Both the position numbers and the translations under genes were made by a program. A stretch of DNA of 64,000 nucleotides from Azolla caroliniana (lineage: Eukaryota; Plantae; Polypodiophyta): NCBI GenBank assembly GCA_043228905.1, contig JBHGNT010000002.1:16926001-16990000 (forward strand). The letters are read 5' to 3'. Shown here piece after piece: positions 40,701-49,224 of the stretch; within the stretch, counting starts at the first letter, position 1; each line of letters starts with the position of its first letter. The notes beneath the pieces are model-generated. The model made no database searches and was not told where the DNA came from. It saw only the letters and a program-made list of their open reading frames with translations.

Positions 40701-41341
40701 GCTTTTACCTTGTCAAATACATCGGCATAAGGATGATATTTTGCCGGAAGTTGTACTGAGGAGTCCTTCTTAGTAGTGCTGGAAGGATGTACTGATATGG
40801 AAAATAGGAACATTGCCTCCTTGGGTCCTTCTTCGCGTAGTTGATGGAGTGAAATGGTCGAAACTCGGCGAGTTGATTCTTGGGGTGGTCGATATCGGAC
40901 TTCTCTTGTTCTCCAATCTATGGCTGGATTATGTAACTCAAGCCAAGGTAATCCTAGGACAATGGGATGCTCTGGACTACTAATTATATTAAATGATATT
41001 ATACACACAAAACTACCTAGGACAACTTGAATGGGTTCTGATTCTTCTACAATATTCCCGGAAGCAATGGGACGACCATCAATGACCACTACAGATGCGA
41101 GACAAGGAAGTTTTCTTAAGGATATCTGAGAAGCTTGGGCAAAATTTCGATCCATGAAACAGGAATTAGCTCCGGAATCTAAAAGTGCTAGGACGGGTAC
41201 TGGGGGAGTACTTTTAGTACTAACAATGACTTGGGCTAGGAACACATTGCTAACTTGCTTGGAAGGAATGGAACCACTAATGGGCTGTACAGATCTAGGG
41301 CTGCTGTCCAACCAAATGGCTCCTATTTTGGCTGGACTCAA
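37769..41341 (-). CDS. Chromovirus Pol (PR-RT-RNaseH-IN-chromodomain), probably made as Gag-Pol by -1 frameshift
   Basis: LLDSGA, YLDD, ADASDFALG, HCH...CDAC, DFITDLP, GQAERTNQ, GPF, EYEVAAILDSK..YYLVDWLGY..TWEP. Confidence 0.96.
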   Translation of the reverse strand: MSPAKIGAIWLDSSPRSVQPISGSIPSKQVSNVFLAQVIVSTKSTPPVPVLALLDSGANSCFMDRNFAQASQISLRKLPCLASVVVIDGRPIASGNIVEESEPIQVVLGSFVCIISFNIISSPEHPIVLGLPWLELHNPAIDWRTREVRYRPPQESTRRVSTISLHQLREEGPKEAMFLFSISVHPSSTTKKDSSVQLPAKYHPYADVFDKVKAGTLPHHRPYDCPIDLQPGTEPPWGPIYNLSPTELEVLRAYIEENLASGFIRHSKSPAGAPIFFVKKKDGSLRLVVDYRGLNKVTIRNRYALPLISSLLERVNGAKFFTKIDLRGAYNLVRIRPGDEWKTAFRTRYGHFEYTVMPFGLTNAPAVFQHMANDIFRDLLDICLIIYLDDLLIYSKTQEEHDSHVLLVLKRLRENGLYAKLEKCSFDCKQVEFLGYVISSKGIAMDPAKIQTVLEWQIPRSVRDVQCFLGFANFYRKFIQDYSKIILPLTQLTKKGQAFLWSIEADMAFRHLKKAFTSAPILAHVDTSKPFIMEADASDFALGSILSQQGDKEELHPVAFHSRKFDVAEINYEIHDKELLAIVDSFVQWRHFLEGSPHQVIVFSDHKNLAYFQNARVLNRRQARWAQFLTRFDFKITYRPGKQQGKADALSRRSYLAPRPGEATFDNQKQVILGPTRLHTTRIFHTPMDSRITDDIRATLKTDSFAQDILAHIDTSRASCSQSQQPGIDYRQFEYHDGLLFFKKRVYVPDCSCRLQIVQHCHDTHTAGHFGSTKTLELVQRSFWWPHMRRFVDDYVRTCDACCRAKMPRHRPYGLLEPLPIPSKPWQSICLDFITDLPVSKGFDAILTVVDRYTKMAHFVPCTKAITSEETAALVMREVFRHHGLPDSIISDRGPQFVSKFWQHLFKMLKVSCNLSSGYHPQTDGQAERTNQTLEQYLRCFLSYQQDDWAEILHFAEFAYNNAIHSSTRVSPFFAYTGFHPRWSVIDTPELPTNPRAEDHLERLRKIQMDLSTHLRHAQHTQKTYADRHRIPSSFAIGDRVWLLRRHIKTTRPCDKLDYRRLGPFRITGKINDVTFRLDLPPQLQIHPVFHCSLLEPYKANTIPDRVTPPPPPLELDAGPEYEVAAILDSKLVRNKLYYLVDWLGYSPSERTWEPVENVANAQDLLADFHRKYPDKPGPQVALTRSTRRL

Positions 41342-42495
41342 TCGTTTAACTCTTCATCTAATTGACTAAGGATTTCAAATTTATTTGAGATACTTGGGCT
41401 ATTAGTACTATGAATACTATCTGACACTCTATTAGTACTATTACTACTATCAGACACTCCGAAGGGAAGAATTGACTCAGGTTTAGTACAGGCGACAATT
41501 TGATTTACCTGTCTTCTTGGCCTATGGGGACAATTGATGGCGATATGTCCTGGTCCACCGCAATAAAGGCATAATCGATTGGCACATCGTCGTTGCTTTT
41601 CTTCTTCCGATAACGGGCCGCGTCGACGCATGGTATCGATCTCCATCGGTGTTGAAGTATTTGCTTGAGGTATGTCTCGTGCAAACGGTTTAGCCGCGAC
41701 TGCGGCGTAAGTGGGCTCTGGCCTAGAGCGTGGTATCTGTAATTGACGTTCTGAACGCCGTTCAAAAAGGCGGTTGTCACATCGAACTGCTCGACTGATT
41801 GCCTCCGTAAGAGACTTTGGTTCTTCGGGGAAAGTTAGAAGTAGATCTTTGACATCGTTTCGCAAGCCATAGCGAAACTGCTCCATTAGTGCTTGATCAT
41901 CCCAGGGTATATCTGAAGCAAGTAGGCGGAAATCCGCCGCGTAGGCAGAGGCTGGACGATCGCCTTGACGCAATCGCCGGATCTTGTTGATCGCCGTCCT
42001 GATGCTGTCGGTGTCTCCAAAGCAGGCTTTAAACTCACCAATAAAATCTTCAAAGTTATTAAGCAAGGGCGATTGTTTTTCTAGAAGCGGAGCGAACCAT
42101 GCCAAGGCTGAGCCGCTAAGTAGCGTGCCTATTAGGCCGACTCGAGATGCATCAGTGGGATATCGGGAAGGATGCATCTGGATGACTAAGCGTACCTGAT
42201 TAAGGAATCCCCGAAATTGCGAACGCGTTCCATCAAATTTCACAGGAAGTCCAATCTTGGGCTCTTTATGAAATCCTTGGGGACTGGATCCTTGTTGTTG
42301 CAACGCTGCTTCGAGTTGTTGTACCCGTAACGCTAACTCCCCATGTTGTTGTTGCGTTTGTTGTTTTTCTAGAGCGATTTGTTGCAGATCCCCTATCAGC
42401 CGTTGGTTTTCTTGTTCCAAGGCAACAAACTTTTCTTTTAGGCACTGTAGCTCGGAGAAAACGGATTGGTATTCTTGGGCGCTAACAGTAGCCAT
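41338..42495 (-). CDS. Chromovirus Gag
   Basis: PVKFDGTRSQFRGF, LRQG..AYAADFR, PMEID, and CLYCGGPGHIAINC zinc knuckle. Confidence 0.95.
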   Translation of the reverse strand: MATVSAQEYQSVFSELQCLKEKFVALEQENQRLIGDLQQIALEKQQTQQQHGELALRVQQLEAALQQQGSSPQGFHKEPKIGLPVKFDGTRSQFRGFLNQVRLVIQMHPSRYPTDASRVGLIGTLLSGSALAWFAPLLEKQSPLLNNFEDFIGEFKACFGDTDSIRTAINKIRRLRQGDRPASAYAADFRLLASDIPWDDQALMEQFRYGLRNDVKDLLLTFPEEPKSLTEAISRAVRCDNRLFERRSERQLQIPRSRPEPTYAAVAAKPFARDIPQANTSTPMEIDTMRRRGPLSEEEKQRRCANRLCLYCGGPGHIAINCPHRPRRQVNQIVACTKPESILPFGVSDSSNSTNRVSDSIHSTNSPSISNKFEILSQLDEELND

Positions 42496-42564
42496 AGTAT
42501 AGGGGAAAGGGTAGGAGGATGAGGGAGAGTGACAAGTAGGCTAGAGGAAGAAATTGGTTCAAAC

Positions 42565-42994
42565 TGTCAGGAATAGTACTAAAACAGAGATGGAATTAGT
42601 ACTAAGAAGAGTAGTACTATTAGTACTAAGAGGACGGGACTGCGTAAGATTCCCGAGAGAGAGGAAGTGAGAAGAGGAGAGAGAGAGAGAAAATAGGATG
42701 ATGACAGCAGCTCTTATATTATATGAAAGATAAGTACAAATCGACTAAGAGGCTTAAGACTGGTGTTGAACCAATTTGGTTCAACATAATGCTTAGTGCC
42801 TTCTTTTATAGTGTTCTCAGGAATAATCCTGAAGCTTCTAGAATGTTCCAGAGAAATCTGGAATATACATTACTTTCTTATAATAAAACATAAATGAAAA
42901 TAATATTCTATGAATTACAATAGATGGTGAGATGGTTAAGAGCTCGACCCATATACCATAAGGTCATGGGTTCGAGTCTTGCCATCTCATGACA
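42565..42994 (-). repeat. 5' LTR of the chromovirus
   Basis: Matches 37328-37757; TATAAAA on the minus strand at 42804-42810. Confidence 0.95.
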
Positions 42995-43167
42995 CACCCC
43001 CTCTCACGTGTTGGCTAAATGGTAAACAACTAAGAAACCACCTAGTACACTCATCCTTTCCCCCCACCTAATGTTTTGTGTACTCTCACCCCTCTTAACC
43101 CCCACCTAAAGTCTTGTGTACACTCTTTTACCTTTCCTTTGTACACACTTTTGTATGTCCCACATAC

Positions 43168-44103
43168 AAAGGACTCTCCTCCCTCTCCCGATATAAAGAG
43201 CAACCTAGTAGACTTAATTTTCATCATGTGTACATCGGGCACTAAAGAGCCTCCATCGAGGCGAAATGCATTTGTCAATCGTTGCCTTATGATAGTAAAA
43301 CTTTCTTTCCTTCTATGTGTTGCTCTTATCTAATTTTTTGTCTTAAGTTCTTAAGTACTTATTTAATCAATTTTTATTAAGTACTTGTTTAATCACTTTT
43401 TTGTCAAATTTTTTTGTCTTAAGTTTTTAAATATTTATTTAATCATTTTTTATTAAGTACTTGTTTAACCCCTTTTTTTAAGTACTTGTTCAATCATTTT
43501 TTTATCTAACTTTTTGTTTAAACATTTGTTCAAGTATTCTCCTCTCTTAATCATAATCATTCTCTTCTTAGCCATGACCCCTTTTCTTTAATCATAATCC
43601 CTCCCTTCTCTTTTAATCATAACCTTGCTTTAAGTGTTTTCCCAAGTGTTTTCTTATCTAAGTATTTGTTTAAACATTCATTTAAGTACTTTGTTTTAGC
43701 AACCCCTTCTCCCTTAATCATAATCCCTTCTTAACCATAATCATTTTTTAATCTCAATCTTTTTTTTAAAAAATAATAATCTTTCTTTTAAGTGTTTGTT
43801 TAAGTGTGTATTTAAGCAACTCCCTTTCATCTAAGCGTGTGGTCCCATTTTAATAATACTCTATTGGTGTCTAATAACTTAAGTTATCCCAATGATCTTT
43901 AATATGTTCTAAAAACTTTGATTAGGTTTAAATACTTTTGATATCTTCAACAAGCTACACTCCCCTAACCCCCACCCATGCCCTCACTTTTCTATTCCCC
44001 TAGAACTATATCACTACTTAGGTTTAGACATACAAATAAGATCTAAACTTGAGTCCACCCCAAACAACCCCCGATGAAGTGCCGCTCACTTTAAGCAATC
44101 TTA
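43168..44103 (+). repeat. PLE pseudo-LTR / 3' UTR, sense copy
   Basis: Starts ~100 bp after the RT stop; T-rich with AAGTACTT and TTAATCATAA subrepeats; inverted match to 35692-36715. Confidence 0.92.
43238..43276 (+). ncRNA. Hammerhead ribozyme copy with G5A core mutation, probably inactive
   Basis: GGCA-CUAAAGA-GCCUC(CAUC)GAGGC-GAAA-UGCA-UU-UGUC. Confidence 0.75.
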
Positions 44104-44941
44104 TAAAAGTATGGTATGCTTGGATGCAAACCTATTGGTATACCACTAGATAAGAATTGCAAATTGAGGGTTGATTTGGGAGCCAAAATAGAAGATGTAA
44201 ACATGTAGAGGTTTATGGTGAGCAGCCTCGTATATTTGACCATAACAAAACCTGAATTGAGTTATCTTGTTGGATTAGTCAGCCAGTTTATGCAACAACC
44301 AACAAAGCCGCATTTGGACTGCATAAGAAGAATTATGAGGTATGTAAAAGCTACCCAAAACTATGGGCTGTTTTACAGGGCTGATCTGGACATAAAGCTA
44401 GAAGGATATACAAATGTTGATTGGGCTGGAAGCCAAACTGACAGAAGATCCACAAGTGGATATATGTTTACATTGGGAAGTGCAACTATTTCATGGAGTA
44501 GCAAGAAACAAGCTACTATTGCATTGTCAAGTACTGAAGCTGAGTATAGAGGAGCTGCAATAGCTACATGTGAAGAGGTATGGATCAGAAGATTGCTTTT
44601 TGATTTGGGAGAATATATAGATGGTGCTGTCACAATTTGATGTGACAATATGAGCAACATTCAGCTGGCAAAAAACCCTGTGTTCCACGCAAGAACAAAG
44701 CACATTGAAGTGCATTATCACTTTGTTAGAGAAAAAGTGATTGATGGAGAAGTGGATCTATTATATGTAAGTACAAATTAGCAAGTTGTTGATATTCTTA
44801 CGAAGGGATTGAGCATGGAAAAACATACACAGTTTAGAGACATGATGGGAGTTATAACCATCGGCATGGTAGTTGAAAAGCATGAAGAAAAGAAGATTGA
44901 AGATGACCTCAAGGAAGGATAAGTTGAGCTTGAGGGGGGAG

Positions 44942-45345
44942 TGTTGAGAAGCAAGCTCAACAAAGGTATGTGATGCTTATTGAGAAATAAGCTATAGTAG
45001 CTATTAGCTAATTAGGTACTAGTGGACATAAAGGTGAAACAACTATTTAGCTACTGACAGCTAATTAACTATTGGCAACTAATTAGCTGCATATATAAGT
45101 CACTTATGTACTTAGGTAAAAAGTAAGTTGTAGTAAGTAGAAGAGTGAGAGTAGTGTAGAGAGTAAGAACAGACAAACAAAAAACAGACGAGAGCGAGTT
45201 GAGCTCTGCGTGTAATGAAGTAGAAGTTTTTTGGATTGTGCAAAGGTAAGTCTCCTTCCCCTTCCTGTTTCTGTCTTGAGCACTAAACGATCCAGCACAT
45301 CACAATCCGTTCTGCACACAGAAGAGTCGTAGCGCCTTCGTAACA
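44942..45345 (+). repeat. 3' LTR of Copia E
   Basis: Follows the PPT; followed by TSD TGACT. Confidence 0.93.
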
Positions 45346-46189
45346 TGACTTGGGGCATGCATCAAGCCGTAAGATTCTTCTTGACTCAACAAACTAGACG
45401 TTCTTGGCTGGGTATCACGAAGCCTTTCAACTATTCCATATAAATTTCCTCCTCTAGATCACCATGGAGGAAGGCCATCTTGACATCTAAATCTTTAGCG
45501 ACTACAACGTTGAGCAAAAGTCGACGCCATATTCTGGTCCGAAACCCTTTGCAACCAATCTGGGCTTTGAATTTAGGACTTGCCGAATTAGATGTCTCTT
45601 TTAGGCGCTAGACCCACTTGCACAGAAGAGCACGTGAGTTTTCTGGCAATTCGACGAAGTCCCATGTCTAATTATGCCAAATGGAGTTCATTTCGGACTC
45701 CATAGCTAGATGCCAATTGGCCGAATAGACACATGCTGACGATTCTTCATACGACGTCGGCTCATCGACATCCATGAAAAAGAGTCCAAAAGAGTATCTC
45801 TCTGGAGGCCAAGACAATCGTTCGGATCTGCGTGGGATGACTAAGCTCACTAGATCATCACTGATGATCATTTCCTCGGTTATTGTACCCGATTCACCAT
45901 GTGGAGAGCTCCTTAACATTCTCTCTAAGATAACTTGTTTAGGAGTATTGACAACTACCATATTGTGTTCCATGCAGGCCACTTGCCAGGTGGCCACTCT
46001 CGTGTTTTAGATTGGGCCATCGAGAAGAGTTGGAACATTCGGAAAGGATACTCTTCTAACTTCAGTTGGCCTTTTCGGGTGCCTTGTGCATTGTTGACTC
46101 ATTGAAAACAACGTTTAGACGACTTGTCTGTTTTTAGGATCCCAGAGTCGGGAGCCAAAGTTGTCATCTGGTTCGTAACCAAGGAAAAT

Positions 46190-46297
46190 GCATTTCCAAA
46201 AGTCATACAAGGCATTAACGTACCCTTGTAGCTCATATTCTGACTTTGAGAGTAAAACTCCATCGTTTGCATGGAGCAAGAGAGTACCCCTTAGGAC
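46190..46297 (-). mobile_element. LINE RT fragment (downstream half), split by Copia F
   Basis: LLLHANDGVLLSKSEYELQGYVNAL, a degenerate LLYADD domain; joins 59583-59770 across the AGGAC TSD. Confidence 0.65.
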
Positions 46298-48517
46298 TGT
46301 TGGCATAAAAGGCTGATTCCTTCCAACTTGTATCCGTCCGAGTGTGAACTTGTCCACATAGTTAGGGCTTAGTATATAAGCAATAACCTAACGTTGTAAA
46401 GGCGAACAAAAACACTTTGTATCAAGTCTCTGAGTGAGAGAGAGAGAGAACATAATAAAGCTTTCCATTAAAGCTCGTTTTTGTGTAAGTCTCTGCCTTC
46501 CTCCCTTTCTGTGTTGTTTTCGGAGTCAGCAAATAGGTTGTCATACGCTTCCGCATACGCACACACCTACCAACTTTCCACAACTGGTATCAAAGCAACC
46601 TTGCTATTCGGCGGCAACAGACAACAGAAGAAGCTCAAAAGAAAAAGACGAGGTTAGTAAAAATCTCACTTTTCATAGAAGAATATGGCTTCAACATCCG
46701 AAACAGGAGTTGAAATCAAAAAGTTCGATGGCAAAAAATTTGCACTTTGGAAGGAGATGATGTAGGATGTTTTGATCATCAGAAGACAAGTCGAAGCTAT
46801 TCGACACAGCGAAAAACCTGCTTCGATGACAGCCGAAGAGTGGAAATCGATGGACGAAATTGCATGCTCCACCATCTGAATGCATCTGGCCGAAAACATC
46901 TACTTCAGCATGGCAAAAGAGACGACAATGTTCTCACTGTGGGAAAAGTTACAAGCCATGCACGAGAAGTCATCATCTTCGAAACTGATTTTGATGAAAC
47001 AACTTTTCAATATAAAGATGAGAGAAACCAATCCGGCTACCTCCCACATCAACACCTTCAGCTGGGTGTTGTCAGAACTCTCTTCACAAGGGATGAACTT
47101 CAAAGAAGAAGTGAAAGCCCTTGCCCTCTTATCGAACTTGCCGGCGAGTTGTGAGGTTTTGTGCACGACATACGCCAATAGTCGACCGATCCTAAATTTG
47201 GATGAGATGATCGGCCAAGTCCTCACCGAGGACATTCGGAGAAAATCGATGGGACTTACCATCGATGAATTGGCAGAAGCCCATCACTCGACCGAGTCGT
47301 TCGACCGACCAAGTCGTACAAGAGAACAAGCCGATAGAACTAGTAGGAATACCAACCGATCAAAAACGAGGGGAGACTAACAGCTGTTGAAGTCAAGAAC
47401 GGGCCGATCAAGCGAATTCTACACACACTACAGAAAAATTGGCCACAATGTTTTCAACTGTTGGTCAATTAAGAGGAAAGAGAGTGGTCGGCAATCCGAG
47501 CGGAATCGAGGACAACCCGACTCGGACCACTCTCCAGTCGGCAACCAAATCAACGTTGTTGAGTCCCGATCAGGAGAAGTTCTGTCCTTAGAGCATTCAG
47601 TGATCGGTGAAGTCCTCTACAGTGCACAGGATGCACACACGTGGCTACTGGATTCCGGTGCCACATTCCATGTGACCCCCAAAATTGAATGGTTTTCAGA
47701 CTATTCAACCGATGCCAGCGGCATAGTTCGTCTAGGCAACAGGCAAGAGTGCAGAATTGCAGGGACCAGAGAGGTTCCCATATGATTGCCAAATGGCAAC
47801 ACAATAACCCTGCACCGAGTTCGGCATGTACTTGATCTGAAAAGGAGTTTGGTCTTCATCGGCATGCTAGCCGAAGACGGGTACAAAACGACTCTAAGTG
47901 AGTCAGTATGGATGATCAACCGAGGAAACCTGAAGATAGGAAGTGGGCACAAGTACAACAACCTGTATCCATTAATGGCGATCAATCCAGAATGGGCCGT
48001 GAACTTAGCCGAAAAGACCGACCCAAACTTATGGCATGGCTGACTCATTCACATGTCTCAAGCCGGACTTGATCTGCTGATGGCGGTAGGCTACATCCCG
48101 AAACTCCAAGCAAAGACGAACTTCTGTGAGCATTGTCAATATGGGAAACAGACCCGAAGTCCACACACTCTCCAGTACGGGATGGTACGACAACCCCTAG
48201 AGCTCGTGCACACATATATATGTGGGCCCATTCCAGAGCGATCACTAGGAGGCTCCCGGTACTTCATCACCTTTGTAGATGACTGTACATGGAAGGTCTG
48301 GGCCTACTCGATCAGGTCCAAAGACGACGCGCTCGAGGTCTTCACTTGGTGGATATCTGAAGTGGAGAACTAGTCGGGACACAAAGTGAAGACACTGACA
48401 TCCGACAATGGAGGTGAGTACACCTCCAGAGCCTTCAAACAGTACCTGTCCAACAAAGGGATCTGACATCAAAAGACCGTTCCCTACACACCCATGCAAA
48501 ATGGAGTGGCAGAACGG

Positions 48518-49224
48518 TGTCGTGCCCTTCGGCTCCGGATCGTTGCATGAGTCGGGTGGGAACCGCCGAGGTTTTGGACTAGGAGGAAGAGGAATACAAC
48601 TTAAGGCTAGTTATGAATAATAGGAAGAGAAGTAAGATAGTAATCTCGTGAATCCCACGAGTTTAGTGTATTTTAAAACAATATTTAGATTTTAAGAGTA
48701 ATTTAGATGGCAAAATTCGTGAATCCCACGAATATATTAGATTGATCAAAAACTTGTATATTAATCAACAACCATATACATATTTTTCTCCTCCTTATAT
48801 AAAGATGGAAGAGGCTAAGCATGGCTTCATGCTTTTTCACCTAAAGTGTCCATGCACACTAAATGTGCATGTGATGCTTTGTCATTTTCTAAATATAGGG
48901 CTCGTGCACGCTAGATGTGCGTGAGTCACTTTTAATGTCACGTGTAAATAAAATATTCACACTCTAAAGAAGACATGATTTTTACCTTTTAATAAAGGTA
49001 TGTGTAAATAAAGGTCTTATATGTATTAAATCTATATTTATAACACTAAAGATAAGTTATTACAATGGTAAAGTTGGGGTTTATCTATGTGGAGGTGCAT
49101 GGTTTGAATCCTGCCCTATGCATGTGATAAATTCTTTTGATATATTATTTATTTATTTATATGTATCTAAATTCGGATATATTATTTTATGGTTTTCACG
49201 TAGTGTGTGGAATACACTACGACA
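48518..49224 (-). repeat. 3' LTR of the Trp-primed Gypsy
   Basis: TGTCGTG...ACGACA; direct repeat of 54895-55601. Confidence 0.95.

Larger units (their letters stand above)
37328..42994 (-). mobile_element. Intact, very recent Ty3/Gypsy chromovirus (Tcn1/Tf1-like, self-priming)
   Basis: 430-bp LTRs 37328-37757 and 42565-42994, identical by eye; TSD CACCC; PPT at 37761-37770; intact gag and pol with a chromodomain. Confidence 0.97.
34688..44103 (+). mobile_element. Penelope-like retroelement (PLE), rearranged, with inverted pseudo-LTRs and no C-terminal GIY-YIG
   Basis: PLE N-terminal motif HNLSSFHLPPPQLKLLSLGLDFIP (35427); RT core LLYYKRHIDDAIGVWEG (36729-36779); LDVIFFKG..HQKPLNAY; thumb KGFITGELKRY..LRARGYP; ORF end CWLNGKQLRNHLVHSS..stop (43069-43071); hammerhead motif in the pseudo-LTR. 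Confidence 0.88.
30663..45345 (+). mobile_element. Full-length but mutated Ty1/Copia element E, interrupted by a PLE
   Basis: LTRs 30663-31084 and 44942-45345; TSD TGACT; PBS TGGTATCAGAGC 31085-31096; PPT 44932-44941; broken gag-PR-IN-RT ORFs 31210-34687; RT end and RNase H 44107-44920. Confidence 0.95.
29043..46190 (-). mobile_element. Degenerate Copia D (family of Copia A), host of Copia E
   Basis: 3' LTR ~29043-29311 with PPT at 29312-29318; RNaseH/RT remnants 29570-30657 (MKSVPYAPVVGSLMY); RT and integrase end resume at 45351-46190 (RRSERLSWPPERYS, KCIFLGY). Confidence 0.8.

Noticed and set aside
43960-43980. Telomeric repeats associated with the PLE
   Set aside because: Only a single CCCTAA unit; no array at either junction.
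44070-44100. Possible second hammerhead (CCGATGA-AGTG..CACT) at the pseudo-LTR end
   Set aside because: No GAAA after the stem in either copy, and the core is CCGAUGA; only a small hairpin.
35692-44103. DNA transposon or DIRS element with long terminal inverted repeats
   Set aside because: No transposase or tyrosine recombinase; PLE coding sequence continues outside the left repeat; RT and hammerhead are PLE-type.
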